DNA of 64,000 nt from a bacterium (lineage in GTDB: Bacteria; Krumholzibacteriota; Krumholzibacteriia; G020349025). Positions 6,747 through 17,635 of the stretch are shown in pieces. Position 1 is the stretch's first letter. Each line of letters opens with the position of its first letter. The position numbers and the translations under genes were made by a program. Under the pieces are notes generated by a model. It saw only the letters and a program-made list of their open reading frames with translations, made no database searches and was not told the DNA's origin. The stretch covers positions 1-64,000 of the forward strand of contig JANLSU010000050.1 in NCBI GenBank assembly GCA_031362565.1, written 5' to 3'.

Positions 6747-9053
6747 CTACCGTCGCAGCACGATCTTGCCGCGCTGGCGGTGGGTCTCGAATGTGACGTC
6801 GTAGATGTAGATGCCGGAACTCACGACGCGGCCTTCCGCGTCGCGGCCGTCCCAAGTGATATGCCCGCCGCTGCCCGCCGTGTACATTGTGAGCCGGCGC
6901 ACACGCGAGCCACGAACATCGTAGACATCGAGTTGCACGGTGCCGGCGTGTGGCGCCGCGAACTCGAGCAGCATCGCCCCGGGGCTCGGGTTCGCTGGCC
7001 GCCGCGTGATCTCGAAGCTGGCGTGCGCCGGAGCTGCCTCGGCCGAGTCCGGCGCGTCAGGTTCGATTCGCGCCGCCATCATCATGACCGGTGCCGTCGT
7101 CACGACGAGTTCCGGCGGCTGGCTGCCCTCGGAGGAACTGAAGTAGACACTGTGCGCGTCGACGCTCTTGATGGCGAACGAATAGGTGCCATTGCCACCG
7201 ACCGCCGCCGTCACGTCCAACTCGACCCAAGTCTTGACCTTGACGGCGCCCAGAGCGGCGAGCGCCGGCGCCGCGATATCCGGCGCATTGTTCCAGCTGA
7301 GCACGCTTTGCGTCCAATCCATCGTCGAGGCACGAAGCGTGTTGGCGACGGGATAAACGCTCCCCGCGTTCACGTCCTCATCGACGACGTAAAGGCGCAG
7401 CTTGGCGTTCGTGACGTTGCCCGTGAGGCCCGCCAGGGTGAATTTGAAATAGCTCCGGTACTCGGGGCTGCCCGAGCTTCGAACTCGTAGGCTGGTCTCG
7501 GATCCGTAGTTCGTCGCCATGTTCGTCGATTCCACACTCGCGTCGTGCACCGCTCGGAACGTCACCACCGGCGACGCGCCGCCGCCATCGTCATTCAAGA
7601 TCATGCCGTCGCCGCGGCTCTTGCCGATCGTGCCACCCGACGCGCTATAGAGCTCGACGACGAACGTCTCGTCCGGCTCGATCTGCGTGTCGCCATTGAT
7701 GGTGACGAGAACCTGCTGGGACGTCGTCGTACCGGAGAATTTCAGCGTCCCCTTGCTCGAAGCGAAGTCGCCGCCCGACGTCGCCGTACCTGCCAAAGTC
7801 CGATACTTGACCGATACGGATTTCCCGGTCGCGCCGGCCAAGGTGACGTCGAAGGCCAGAGTCTTGGTGCCGCTGTCGCCTTCCTGGATGGCGGCATTCG
7901 CAATCGACAAGACGCTCGAAGCCACGACGCCCTTCACATCGACCTGCAAATCATCACTCGTTTGCAATGCGCCGTCGCTGACCGTAAGTCGGAGCACGTA
8001 CAAGCCTGGCAGGTTGAAGCTGACGTTCGTGCCGAGCGCCTGCGGGTCCGCGAACTGCGCCATCCCGGGCCCACTCACTTGGCTCCAAAGCGGCGACAGA
8101 TGCGCCGGCGCCGGATCGCCGTCGTCCGCACTCGACCCCTGCAGCGCCAACGGCGCGGGCAGCGTGACCGTCCCATCGTCTCCAGCAATGACGCACGGCG
8201 GCATGTTGAAGATGGCGGGGCTTCCCGCCCACGGTTTGCGGCGCAGTTGGAACGGATTCGTGGGATCCATGGAAACCGTCACCTGGAGCGGATCTTCCTC
8301 GACTCCAAGGTTAACCTGCACGCGCCGCAGGTTGGGCTCGGACCACGGGCGGTCGTCCTTCCACGAATGGCCGTCGCCGTGGATGTACATCACTGGTTTG
8401 CCGAAGGCGGCGCTCGCGGTTCGGAAGCGCGTGAAGAAAGGCTGGTGCTGGCTCGAGCCCGGACCTGCGTGTCCCATGACGACGGCGGCTCGCACTTCTC
8501 CCTTGCGCGCCGAAAACTGTTGCTCGACCCAGGCCGCATCCTGTCCGAGGCGGGTCGTCCATTCGCTGCTGCTTTGAACGGCTCCACCGACAATATTGAT
8601 GCCGATGAAGAGCACGCCCTTGTCGACGAAGGCGAAATTCTCATGGCGCGCGTCCTGATGTTCGACGGGCAGCGTGTGGCAAAAATGCGATTCGTAGGAA
8701 TCGAAGTAGCGTTTCCAATACGTCCAGGCTTGGCTCGGACTCGCGCAGTCGTTCCACTCGTTGTCACCCGGCAGCACGAAAGTCGGAACCGCAAAGCCCT
8801 GAAGCAGGGTCGCGATTTCTTGGTACACCGATTCGGTGCACGCCGAAGTGCCGTTCTTGAAATCCCCGACGTGCACCAGGAATTCGGAGGGACTGTACCG
8901 GTTGTGATCGAGGATCTGGCGGCGAAGAGTCGGGATCTCGGACGACGAATACGGGATGTCGCCGGTAATCGAAAAGGTCACCGGTTGGGCCTGGGCCCGG
9001 GCGAGGCAGGGGACGATGAGACAAATTGTCAAAAGGCACGCCGCGTTGCGCAT
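6747..9053 (-). CDS. Secreted multidomain metallophosphoesterase (+PKD-like, Calx-beta, DNRLRE/CBM96-like, FlgD-Ig/T9SS-like C-terminal domain)
   Basis: Signal peptide; GD..HVGD..PGDNEW..HGDGH; EGDSG..TAT..D..DTQIEPDETF Calx-beta; VYDVRGSRVRRL..WDGRD..G..VSSGIY. Confidence 0.85.
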   Translation of the reverse strand: MRNAACLLTICLIVPCLARAQAQPVTFSITGDIPYSSSEIPTLRRQILDHNRYSPSEFLVHVGDFKNGTSACTESVYQEIATLLQGFAVPTFVLPGDNEWNDCASPSQAWTYWKRYFDSYESHFCHTLPVEHQDARHENFAFVDKGVLFIGINIVGGAVQSSSEWTTRLGQDAAWVEQQFSARKGEVRAAVVMGHAGPGSSQHQPFFTRFRTASAAFGKPVMYIHGDGHSWKDDRPWSEPNLRRVQVNLGVEEDPLQVTVSMDPTNPFQLRRKPWAGSPAIFNMPPCVIAGDDGTVTLPAPLALQGSSADDGDPAPAHLSPLWSQVSGPGMAQFADPQALGTNVSFNLPGLYVLRLTVSDGALQTSDDLQVDVKGVVASSVLSIANAAIQEGDSGTKTLAFDVTLAGATGKSVSVKYRTLAGTATSGGDFASSKGTLKFSGTTTSQQVLVTINGDTQIEPDETFVVELYSASGGTIGKSRGDGMILNDDGGGASPVVTFRAVHDASVESTNMATNYGSETSLRVRSSGSPEYRSYFKFTLAGLTGNVTNAKLRLYVVDEDVNAGSVYPVANTLRASTMDWTQSVLSWNNAPDIAAPALAALGAVKVKTWVELDVTAAVGGNGTYSFAIKSVDAHSVYFSSSEGSQPPELVVTTAPVMMMAARIEPDAPDSAEAAPAHASFEITRRPANPSPGAMLLEFAAPHAGTVQLDVYDVRGSRVRRLTMYTAGSGGHITWDGRDAEGRVVSSGIYIYDVTFETHRQRGKIVLRR

Positions 9054-9209
9054 GAAATCAAGTCCCTCCATGGACATTAGCAGGCCTTTATTGTAGCAGG
9101 GGCGAGACACTCGAGCCAACCGGGAAACTTGCCGCTGCACCGATCGGTTGCTATAGTCCGCTTCCCTCGACCGACGCATCTCGTCACGCAGCATCGATGG
9201 GGGTTGGTC

Positions 9210-10985
9210 ATGCTTCGATCATCCAAGACACTTCGAGCGCACTTGTTTGCCGCCTTCCTACTGCTTCAGGCTGCGGCGGTTCTCGCCGTTGACTTGCAGG
9301 TCACGGGCGTCAGCCCACCGCGGAACGGCAGCGCGCCGGGCTCGACGACGGTCTCGATCACGTTCGATCGGGCGGTTTCCCCGGCCTCGATCACGGCCGC
9401 GAGCTTCCGGGTCTACGGGCGTTGGAGCGGGCCAGTGGCGGGCACCTATAGCCTGACGAACAGCAACCGCACGGTCACCTTTACACGCGCCCGCCCGTTC
9501 TCGGCCGGTGAGCTGGTTCTTGTCAATTTGTCACACGGCATCCTGGCCGCGGATCTGAGCCCGCTTCGCCCGGCGGGCTACGCCTATTCTTTTGGAATTG
9601 TGACCAAGCATGCGGCACTCACGTACCAGAACATCGGCGCGCTGTCGAATCGCATCAACAACGCCCAAACTCGCATCTACGGCGCTTCGGCGTCGGATCT
9701 GAATGAAGACGGCTATCTCGACCTCACAACCGTGAATGAAGTCAGCGCCGACGTGCGGGTGGCGCTCAACCTGGGTGCCGGGCCCACCCCTTTCGGGAGT
9801 TTCCTGGCGCCCCAGGGGATCGGCGACGAAGCGAGTCCGAACGAGCCGGCCGATTTCAATAACGACGGGCACGCCGACCTGTGCCTCGCGGCCGTGAACA
9901 GCAACAGCGTTTGGGTGCTACTGGGGGCGGGCAATGGCACCTTCAGTTCAATCACGGAGATTTCGGTCGGCTCGACGCCGCACGGGGTCGCAGTGTTGGA
10001 CGTTGATGGGGACGGGGATCCGGATATCGTCAACTCGAACAACGGCAGCAACAATCTGTCGCTCCTGGTCAACAACGGCTCGGGAAGTTTCGCACCATCG
10101 GTGTTCTTCAACGGCAACGTCACAGGGGAATATGGCGTCGTAGCCGGCGACATGAACAGCGACGGCATCATGGACGTCGTGGTGGGCGCCCGCGAGGGTC
10201 AACAGATCGTCACCATGCTCGGCAACGGCAACGGCACGTTCACGGCGGCTGGAACGGCGCAGAGTTCCGGTGGCCAGACGTGGGTCGTCGCGTTGGGCGA
10301 CTTGAACACTGACGGTGTTCTGGATGCGACGGTCGCGAACAGCCAGAGCGGCAACGGCGCCGTGCTTCTCGGGACCGGCACCGGCACGTTTGGGCTACCC
10401 AGCATCATGACGACGAGCGCCCACACGGTTGCAACCGATCTCGGCGACTTGGACGGCGACGGCGACCTCGACTGGGTGCTCTCGAGCTTCGGGGGCGGTT
10501 TCTGGCGCATCTACACGAACAATGGCAGCGGGGTGTTCACCTTCAACCAGCAGATCAATGCGCCGTCGAACCCGTCGTGTGCGGTCCTGATCGACTTCGA
10601 CAACGACCAGGATCTGGATCTGGTCCTGACGGATGAAATCGCCGATGTGCTCGTCCTCGAGAAGAACGTCGGCGCGACGTCGGATGCGGGCGACGCGGCG
10701 CCTCGCCGTGGCACGCCCCTGCTCACCAACACTCCCGAGCCCTTCCATCACGAGACGCAACTGCGTTTCCGCCTGCCGGCGAGCAGCGATGCGACGCTCC
10801 AGGTGTTCGATAGCAGCGGACGTGAAGTGTCGACGACTCGCGTTCGGGGTCTCCCGGCCGGTTGGAACTCATTTCGCTTCGAAGGCAAGGGGGCTGGCGG
10901 GCAGCCGCTGCCGAGCGGCGTCTATTATTACAAGATCGTCACACCCGGAGGCGTGCTGTCCGATCGCATGATTCTTGTGCGCTGA
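9210..10985 (+). CDS. Secreted FG-GAP/VCBS repeat protein with N-terminal Ig-like and C-terminal FlgD-Ig/T9SS-like domain
   Basis: Seven DxNxDGxxD-type repeats; VFDSSGREV..LPSGVYYY. Confidence 0.88.
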   Translation: MLRSSKTLRAHLFAAFLLLQAAAVLAVDLQVTGVSPPRNGSAPGSTTVSITFDRAVSPASITAASFRVYGRWSGPVAGTYSLTNSNRTVTFTRARPFSAGELVLVNLSHGILAADLSPLRPAGYAYSFGIVTKHAALTYQNIGALSNRINNAQTRIYGASASDLNEDGYLDLTTVNEVSADVRVALNLGAGPTPFGSFLAPQGIGDEASPNEPADFNNDGHADLCLAAVNSNSVWVLLGAGNGTFSSITEISVGSTPHGVAVLDVDGDGDPDIVNSNNGSNNLSLLVNNGSGSFAPSVFFNGNVTGEYGVVAGDMNSDGIMDVVVGAREGQQIVTMLGNGNGTFTAAGTAQSSGGQTWVVALGDLNTDGVLDATVANSQSGNGAVLLGTGTGTFGLPSIMTTSAHTVATDLGDLDGDGDLDWVLSSFGGGFWRIYTNNGSGVFTFNQQINAPSNPSCAVLIDFDNDQDLDLVLTDEIADVLVLEKNVGATSDAGDAAPRRGTPLLTNTPEPFHHETQLRFRLPASSDATLQVFDSSGREVSTTRVRGLPAGWNSFRFEGKGAGGQPLPSGVYYYKIVTPGGVLSDRMILVR

Positions 10986-11042
10986 TTTTTCGCAACGCGA
11001 TTGCGCTATACTGCGGCCGCTCGCAGAACAAGGAGGCCTCGA

Positions 11043-11594
11043 ATGCCCGAGAAGACATTTCTCACCGACATCAAGACTCTCAGGACGCGCGCGCGCCAGC
11101 ACATCGAAAAAGGCGCCGTGACTCCGGGGTACAAAGCCGATCGCGAAACGGTCATTCGGATTCTGAACGAGGCGCTGGCGACCGAGATCGTCTGTGTGTT
11201 GCGCTACCGGCGCCACCACTTCATGGCGAGCGGGATCAATGCGAGCAGCGTCGCGGCGGAATTCCTGCAGCACGCGGTCGAGGAGCAGGCGCACGCTGAT
11301 CAGATCGCCGGGCGCATCGTGCAACTGGGCGGCGAGCCGAACTTCAATCCCGAAGGGCTCCTGACCCGCAGCCACGCGGAATACGTCGAAGGCGAGAACC
11401 TTGCCGACATGATCCGGGAAGACCTCGTCGCCGAGCGCATCGCCATCGACAGCTATCGTGAGATGGTCGCGTACCTCGCGAACGACGATTCAACGACCCG
11501 CCGCATGCTGGAAGGCATCTTGGCCATGGAAGAAGAGCACGCCGAGGATCTCGTGAGCCTGCTCGCGGAATTGGGGACGCCGAAGCCCGCGTGA
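11043..11594 (+). CDS. Ferritin-like (bacterioferritin/DPS-like) protein
   Basis: LNEALATE..EEQAHAD..EDLVAERIAIDSY..EEEHAED di-iron ligands; AGGAGG RBS. Confidence 0.9.
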   Translation: MPEKTFLTDIKTLRTRARQHIEKGAVTPGYKADRETVIRILNEALATEIVCVLRYRRHHFMASGINASSVAAEFLQHAVEEQAHADQIAGRIVQLGGEPNFNPEGLLTRSHAEYVEGENLADMIREDLVAERIAIDSYREMVAYLANDDSTTRRMLEGILAMEEEHAEDLVSLLAELGTPKPA

Positions 11595-11646
11595 TGCATG
11601 CCGGCGCGCCGGCGCGGCGCGCAAGAAACCGGAGGGGACACACCAC

Positions 11647-12525
11647 ATGCGCTGGATTCCTGGCGGCCGCAGTACGAATGTCGAAGACCGGCGTGGCGAG
11701 AGCACTGGGCCACGTCGTGCGGGCATGAATTTGGGCATCGGCGGGATGCTCGTCCTGCTGGTGCTGAGCGCGGTGTTCCACAAGGACTTCTTCGCTCTGC
11801 TCGGTCAGGGTGGGGGCGGCCCCGCGACCACGGCCGATTCCGACTCGGGTTCCGGTTCGCTGCCCGTGCCCGAGACGTCGGCGCAGGAAGAGCAGCTCGC
11901 GCAGTTCGTGTCGTTCGTGCTCGACGACGTGCAGCAGACCTGGGTGGGGCTCGCGCCGCAGCTCGGCACGCAGTACGAACCCGCCAAACTGGTGCTTTTC
12001 CGTGACGCCATCGATTCGGGCTGTGGCATTGCGGATGCGGCCAGCGGCCCTTTCTATTGTACGCTCGACCAAAAGGTGTACGTCGATCTTGGATTCTACG
12101 ATCAACTCCGCGACCGCTTTGGCGCGCCGGGAGATTTCGCGCAGGCCTATGTCATCGCTCATGAGCTCGGTCATCACGTCCAAGACTTGACCGGTGTGTC
12201 ATCGCGTGTCCAAGAGGCGATGCGCGCCAATCCCGGCGACGCGAACGAACTCTCGGTGCGGCTCGAACTGCAGGCCGATTGCTACGCCGGAGTGTGGGGC
12301 CATGCAGCAGGCGCCAGAGGCATCCTCGAATCGGGCGACCTCGAAGAGGGCTTGAACGCCGCCGCCGCCATTGGTGATGACCGTATTCAGAAGATGACCG
12401 CCGGACATGTCATGCCCGAGGCCTTTACGCACGGCACCTCCGCGCAGCGCCTCGAGTGGTTCCGGCGCGGCCTCGAAACCGGCCGTTGCGAAGAGTGCGA
12501 CACCTTCCAGAGCGCCGGACGGTAG
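11647..12525 (+). CDS. Neutral zinc metallopeptidase (YpfJ-like)
   Basis: STNVEDRR, GPFYC, AHELGHHVQ, ELQADC, FTHGTS. Confidence 0.92.
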   Translation: MRWIPGGRSTNVEDRRGESTGPRRAGMNLGIGGMLVLLVLSAVFHKDFFALLGQGGGGPATTADSDSGSGSLPVPETSAQEEQLAQFVSFVLDDVQQTWVGLAPQLGTQYEPAKLVLFRDAIDSGCGIADAASGPFYCTLDQKVYVDLGFYDQLRDRFGAPGDFAQAYVIAHELGHHVQDLTGVSSRVQEAMRANPGDANELSVRLELQADCYAGVWGHAAGARGILESGDLEEGLNAAAAIGDDRIQKMTAGHVMPEAFTHGTSAQRLEWFRRGLETGRCEECDTFQSAGR

Positions 12526-12780
12526 AGCGGCCCAGCGCTTGTCTTGGCAGCAGCCTCAGCCCGCAGGCCACCACGCCGAAGGGGGCGGCGGCGGCAACGC
12601 GGGCAACGCGGCGGTGCGCCCCACTCGGGGAGCGAGCCGTTGACGCAATGCGCGCTCGGGGCATAGTCTCATCGCTCGACGGCGACAGATTTTGTCTGCG
12701 GGCCCTTGGCTCGCACGTCGCACACGGATGCATCGACGCCGCTCGACTGACAGCCTGAACATGCACCGAAGGAGATCGCA

Positions 12781-13533
12781 ATGATCCGTCGTGACTCGTT
12801 TAGCATCGCACCCATCGCCGCGTCCTTGCTCGCCGCAGCGCTCGCCGGACCCGCGAGTGCTCAGGTCAGCATCCCGTCGCTCGCCGTTCCGGTGACCGAG
12901 AATTTCAACACCCTCGCCTTGACCGGCACGAGCAGCGCGTTGCCGACCGGCTGGGCATTGTCTGAAGGTGGCACGGGCGCTAACACCACCTACACCGCCG
13001 GCACCGGTAGCGGCACGGCCGGCGACACCTACAGCTTCGGCGCGGCAGCCAACACCGAACGCGCCTTCGGCGGCTTGCAGAGCGGCACATTGATTCCGAC
13101 GATTGGCGCCGCCTTCAAGAACAACACCGGCTCGACGATTACGAGCTTGACGATCGCGTACACCGGCGAACAGTGGCGTGTGGGCGCCGCGTCGCGCGTC
13201 GATCGGCTCGACTTCCAGTACAGCTTGGATGCGACGAGCCTGACGACCGGCACCTGGACCGACCGCGATCCGCTCGACTTCACGGCACCCATCACCGGGC
13301 CGACACTCGGCTTGCTCGACGGCAACCTGGCCGCGAACCGCACCGGCATCACGAATTCGATCGGCGGGCTTAGCATCGCGAACACCGCCGTGTTCTGGAT
13401 TCGCTGGAACGATTTCAACGGCACGGGTGCGGACGACGGCCTCGGCGTCGACGATTTCTCGATCACCGCGAGCGGCGGCCCCGTCGCGGTCGAGGCGCGT
13501 GCCTGGACGGCGATCAAGTCCTTCTATCGGTAA
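12781..13533 (+). CDS. Secreted hypothetical protein with C-terminal WxxIKxxYR motif
   Basis: Signal peptide ending ASA-Q; ends PVAVEARAWTAIKSFYR; AAGGAG RBS. Confidence 0.85.
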   Translation: MIRRDSFSIAPIAASLLAAALAGPASAQVSIPSLAVPVTENFNTLALTGTSSALPTGWALSEGGTGANTTYTAGTGSGTAGDTYSFGAAANTERAFGGLQSGTLIPTIGAAFKNNTGSTITSLTIAYTGEQWRVGAASRVDRLDFQYSLDATSLTTGTWTDRDPLDFTAPITGPTLGLLDGNLAANRTGITNSIGGLSIANTAVFWIRWNDFNGTGADDGLGVDDFSITASGGPVAVEARAWTAIKSFYR

Positions 13534-13748
13534 GTACGAAGAGAACGACTCGCGATGGCCTGTTCCGCCGCCCGGCGGGGCAGGCCATCGGCGCTTTCGG
13601 GCGCGGGGCGAAGACACTCTGGAGACGCGACGAAAAAGAGACAGCAAGCGATGGCGCGCCGTCGTATTGTTTGGGGGCCATCGTTTGTCCCGGTGCACAG
13701 GAAGCGGCGAACCGGGTGTGCATCGAATCACGTGCGGGAGGTTGGACC

Positions 13749-14216
13749 GTGAAGGCGAGTTTCAAACTTTTCTTGGGTGCACTGCTCGTCGTTTCGAGCG
13801 CCGTTGCTCAGCAGGCGGAAACGCCCAGTGCGCCGCCGAGCGCGCCCGTGATTGCGGGCCCCGCACCGAAGGTGGTCATCGAATCTCTCGAGCACCAATT
13901 CGGCAACGTCAAGCCGGGAACACCGCTCACCTACACGTTCAAAGTGAAGAACAAGGGCAAGGGCGGTTTGGAGATCCAGAGCGTGACGCCGTCCTGCGGT
14001 TGCACCAAGGGCGACTTCGACAAGACCGTAGCGCCCGGCAAGACCGGTAAGATCACGCTGACCATCGCCAAGACCGACCACTTGAGCGGCCCCATCGTCA
14101 AGACGGCCGGCGTCGCGACCAATGATCCGGAACACAAGACCCTGACGCTGACGCTCCGCGCCAACTTCTCGACCCAGGCAGCAGCGCTGACACAGACCTC
14201 GGCACAGGCACACTGA
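13749..14216 (+). CDS. DUF1573-like Ig-fold exported protein
   Basis: FGNV..YTFKVKNKG..LEIQSVTPSCGCT..VAPGKTG. Confidence 0.85.
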   Translation: MKASFKLFLGALLVVSSAVAQQAETPSAPPSAPVIAGPAPKVVIESLEHQFGNVKPGTPLTYTFKVKNKGKGGLEIQSVTPSCGCTKGDFDKTVAPGKTGKITLTIAKTDHLSGPIVKTAGVATNDPEHKTLTLTLRANFSTQAAALTQTSAQAH

Positions 14217-14340
14217 CTTGCGCGCTTTGCGATGGCGGGCGAGAGCGAGGGCTTTCGCCCGCGTCCGTCTCCCGATGCTCGAGACGCGTAACGCCGCTAC
14301 CGGCTGGGCCGGTCGCAGCATTTCCGCTACGATGTCCCAC

Positions 14341-15240
14341 ATGCGGCGGATTCAAACACCTATCGTTGCTTTGATCCTGGCACTCGGCGCCGGGTTACTG
14401 GCCGCCGAGACACTGCCGCCGTCGGTGCAGCTCCTTACGAAAGCGGAAAACGACTTCATGGCCGCGGCCGCCACAATCGGCGCGCGGCAAGCATTTGCCG
14501 ACCGGTTTGCAGCGATGGCCGTGCTCCTGCGGCCGCGTCCGGTCGAAGGTTTGGGCTGGCTCAAGGACAACCCGCCTCCGGATGGCAAGTGGAGTTGGAC
14601 GCCGGACTTCGTCGAGACGTCGGGCGGCGAAGACCTCGGTTATACGACCGGCCCCTGGCAGCTGGTGCCCGCCGGTTCGAGCCCGCTGCGTTCGGGCGAT
14701 TACCTGTCGATCTGGCGCTACCATCCGCAAATCGGCTGGAAGTTGCTACTGACCGCTGCGACCGAGCACGCCGCGCCGGACGCCGGCGCCCCACCACATT
14801 ACTTCGTCGACTGGTGCACGGCGATTGCACCGCACGAATCGCTCACTGTCGCGCGCGAAGCCATCAACGCCGCCGATGTCGACTTGGGCGTGCAGGCAAC
14901 GAAGTTGGGGCTGCGTGCGGCGCTCGCGGCGCGCGCCACGGACGATATCCGCGTCATCGGCAACGGTGAGTTGTCGCGAGTCGGCCGGGACGCAGTGCTT
15001 GCCGCCTCGCCGGCGGAGCCTGCAGCCTACGAGTGGGAACCCGTGACAACCCGCGTCGCCCTCTCGTCGGAACTCGGATACACGATCGGTAATTGTACGA
15101 TCGCGCCTGCTGGTACACCGAAGAGCAAGGCAACAGCCTGGAGCTACGTCCACATCTGGCGCAAGGATCGCAAGGGCGCCCAGCGACTGGCTCTCGAGTT
15201 CATGCTGCCGATTCCTGCCGTCCGCGATTCGTTTCATTAG
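14341..15240 (+). CDS. Exported protein with tandem NTF2/DUF4440-like domains
   Basis: Two repeats ending (D/E)LGYTxG...Y..IWR. Confidence 0.7.
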   Translation: MRRIQTPIVALILALGAGLLAAETLPPSVQLLTKAENDFMAAAATIGARQAFADRFAAMAVLLRPRPVEGLGWLKDNPPPDGKWSWTPDFVETSGGEDLGYTTGPWQLVPAGSSPLRSGDYLSIWRYHPQIGWKLLLTAATEHAAPDAGAPPHYFVDWCTAIAPHESLTVAREAINAADVDLGVQATKLGLRAALAARATDDIRVIGNGELSRVGRDAVLAASPAEPAAYEWEPVTTRVALSSELGYTIGNCTIAPAGTPKSKATAWSYVHIWRKDRKGAQRLALEFMLPIPAVRDSFH

Positions 15241-15268
15241 GCTCTTGGCCCGTCCCGTCCGCGACAAG

Positions 15269-15715
15269 ATGCAGCCGGAAAGCGGGGGCGCTATTTTCCG
15301 AGTCACGCAAAGCGACGACGATCTGCTCGCCGCATACTGTGTACGGAGCATCGTGTTCGTGGGCGAACAGGGGTGCCCGTTTCGGGAAGAATTCGACGGC
15401 CTGGATGCCGGCGCGATTCACGTCGTCGGATTCGCTGCCGGCGGCGAACCCGTCGCGGCGGCGCGCCTGCGCGATGTCGACGGCTGGGCCAAGTTGGAGC
15501 GCATCGCACTCGTTCCGAGCGTCCGCGGCCGTGGCCTGGGTCACGAAATCGTCGAGTTCCTGCTGGGCGTCGCCCGCGAGCACGGATTTCGCCGCTTCAA
15601 GATGCACGCCCAATCGCATCTCGAAGCCTTTTACGCGCAGCACGGCTTCGCGCCCGTCGGCGCCCCATTCATGGAAGCCGGCATCGAGCATCTATTGATG
15701 CGGCGCGAGGATTGA
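15269..15715 (+). CDS. GNAT acetyltransferase (ElaA/YjcF-like)
   Basis: VFVGEQG..RGRGLG..HAQSHLEAFYAQHGF..FMEAGIEH. Confidence 0.88.
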   Translation: MQPESGGAIFRVTQSDDDLLAAYCVRSIVFVGEQGCPFREEFDGLDAGAIHVVGFAAGGEPVAAARLRDVDGWAKLERIALVPSVRGRGLGHEIVEFLLGVAREHGFRRFKMHAQSHLEAFYAQHGFAPVGAPFMEAGIEHLLMRRED

Positions 15716-15722
15716 GTGCTCT

Positions 15723-16523
15723 CTACAGATCGCCCAGATTCTTGACGCCGACGGCTTTCCACAAGCGGGGCGGCGCGGGCGGAGCGATTTCCAACAAATA
15801 CACTTCATCGTTCGCTTGGCGTACCGTTTCGGCCTGCTGACGCGTCAAGCCGAGCACCGAGCGCAAGATCATGCGATTCGTGCCGCCGTGCCCGACAACG
15901 AGAATGGTGCCGGAGCCATGCTGAGCGACGATTTGGTCGAACGTCGTGCGAACGCGTGCAAAGAATTGATTTTCGGACTCGCCGCCATCCAGGGCATCGT
16001 CGGGGTCCTTGCTACGCCGGTCGAATTCCTTCGCAATGACCGAGTCGGCGAGGGAAACGCCCTCGAAACGTCCGATGCGCTGCTCTCGCAGTCCCACGAG
16101 GCTGTCGATGGGGGTGTTGCCGTGGGCGAGTTCGGCCGTCTCGCGGCAGCGCCGCAACGTGCTGCAGTAGACGCCGTCGAGCGGCACATCCCGCAGCCGC
16201 GCCGCAAGTTCACGAGCCTGGGTGCGACCTGTCTCGTTGAGCACCGTGTCGCTCCACCCCTGCAGTCGCCGGGCGGAGTTCCAATCGGTTTGCCCATGCC
16301 GTGCAAGGTAGATCCGGAGCACCGGCTGTGCCCGCGTCGCGCGGCTCCCCGCGCATCCACTCGCCACGGCCACAGCTCCCAGCAGCGCCAGAACCCACGC
16401 CCCACGCCGCGCGCCCCAGGCGAGCCGCCGGAGCCGAAGCCCGCCACCCAGCCTCAGCTCGCGTCGCTGGCCGCGCTCGCCCTGCTGCCGTCGACTGATT
16501 CGAACCCCACGTGCAATTCGCAT
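15723..16523 (-). CDS. Histidine phosphatase family protein (possibly lipoprotein; start uncertain)
   Basis: ARHGQTDWN..GES..VVGHGG. Confidence 0.85.
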   Translation of the reverse strand: MRIARGVRISRRQQGERGQRRELRLGGGLRLRRLAWGARRGAWVLALLGAVAVASGCAGSRATRAQPVLRIYLARHGQTDWNSARRLQGWSDTVLNETGRTQARELAARLRDVPLDGVYCSTLRRCRETAELAHGNTPIDSLVGLREQRIGRFEGVSLADSVIAKEFDRRSKDPDDALDGGESENQFFARVRTTFDQIVAQHGSGTILVVGHGGTNRMILRSVLGLTRQQAETVRQANDEVYLLEIAPPAPPRLWKAVGVKNLGDL

Positions 16524-16850
16524 GGCTTGCACTGTAGCCGCCGGCGCCGTCGGAGGCCAGGCGGCTCCGTGCCTGTGGCCGATGAGACACAGAATCTGAG
16601 CCCTCGGAGACACACCCACGCCGACGGCGCACGCTAGGGTGGTTCCGGGTCTCGTTTCTTCCGTTGCCCGGCGCTGGAGCACTCAGCCCGCAGCGAGAGC
16701 CGCTTACTGCACTTGGCTTCTAAAATACTCGAAGTTCTTGGCGCCGCATCGACCGCAATTCCACGCCCATCGGGCAAAGTGGCCGCCGACTTGCTCCATA
16801 CACCTGGTGTATCACTGGGCCCTCGGATCTCGGTAAGGAGGCAACGTTAC

Positions 16851-17504
16851 ATGCTGAATCGAAACGCCAAGCACCGCCGCTTGATCCCGTGGGTCGGGCT
16901 CATCGGTCTCTTGGCCCTGACTTCGGGATGCGCGACCAAAGGGTTCGTGCGCCAGCAGATGTCGACGCTCGAAAAGTCGGTCGACACGAAGATCGAGCCG
17001 ACCGCTGAACAGGCACGCGCCGCTCAAGCACTCGCGCAGGACGTCGACGGCCGGTCACGCCAAGTCCAGCGTGAAGCTCAATTTGCGCGCGATCTGGCGC
17101 TCGGCAACATCAAGCGCGAAGAAGTGCGGCACATGAGCGTGGCTTTCGCCTTCAACAGCGCGGAGATTCCGGCCGAGACTCTTCCGGAGCTCGACCAAGT
17201 GGCTGCCGACCTGCAGACGCATCCGAACTACATGGCGCTCGTCGCCGGCTATACCGACGCCACGGGCGATGAGGAGTACAACATCGTCCTGGCTCAGCGC
17301 CGGGCTGCGAACGTGCAGCGCTACCTGGCCCAGAAGCTGGGAATCGAGTTCGTACGTCTCGCGGTGATCGGATTTGGCGAGTCGCTGCCGGTGGCCGACA
17401 ACGCGACCCGCGAAGGCCGGGCGCAGAACCGTCGTACCGACGTGCAGCTCGTGCAGCCGCAGCCGGCGACCGCTCTCGGCACAGAACCAACCGCGTCACG
17501 CTGA
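16851..17504 (+). CDS. OmpA-family lipoprotein
   Basis: Lipobox LTSGC; GYTDATG..YNIVLAQRRA..GFGES..RAQNRR; AAGGAGG RBS. Confidence 0.9.
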   Translation: MLNRNAKHRRLIPWVGLIGLLALTSGCATKGFVRQQMSTLEKSVDTKIEPTAEQARAAQALAQDVDGRSRQVQREAQFARDLALGNIKREEVRHMSVAFAFNSAEIPAETLPELDQVAADLQTHPNYMALVAGYTDATGDEEYNIVLAQRRAANVQRYLAQKLGIEFVRLAVIGFGESLPVADNATREGRAQNRRTDVQLVQPQPATALGTEPTASR

Positions 17505-17635
17505 CGCAGGCCCGAACAAGGCCCGACACGTTGGTTCTCATCGCCTGAACGCGGTACGGGACGCGGCCGAGAACGCCGTGTCCCGTATCGCTTTCTTACG
17601 ACCGCCGCGGACGCCCTCCGCGTCTCGCGCCGCCG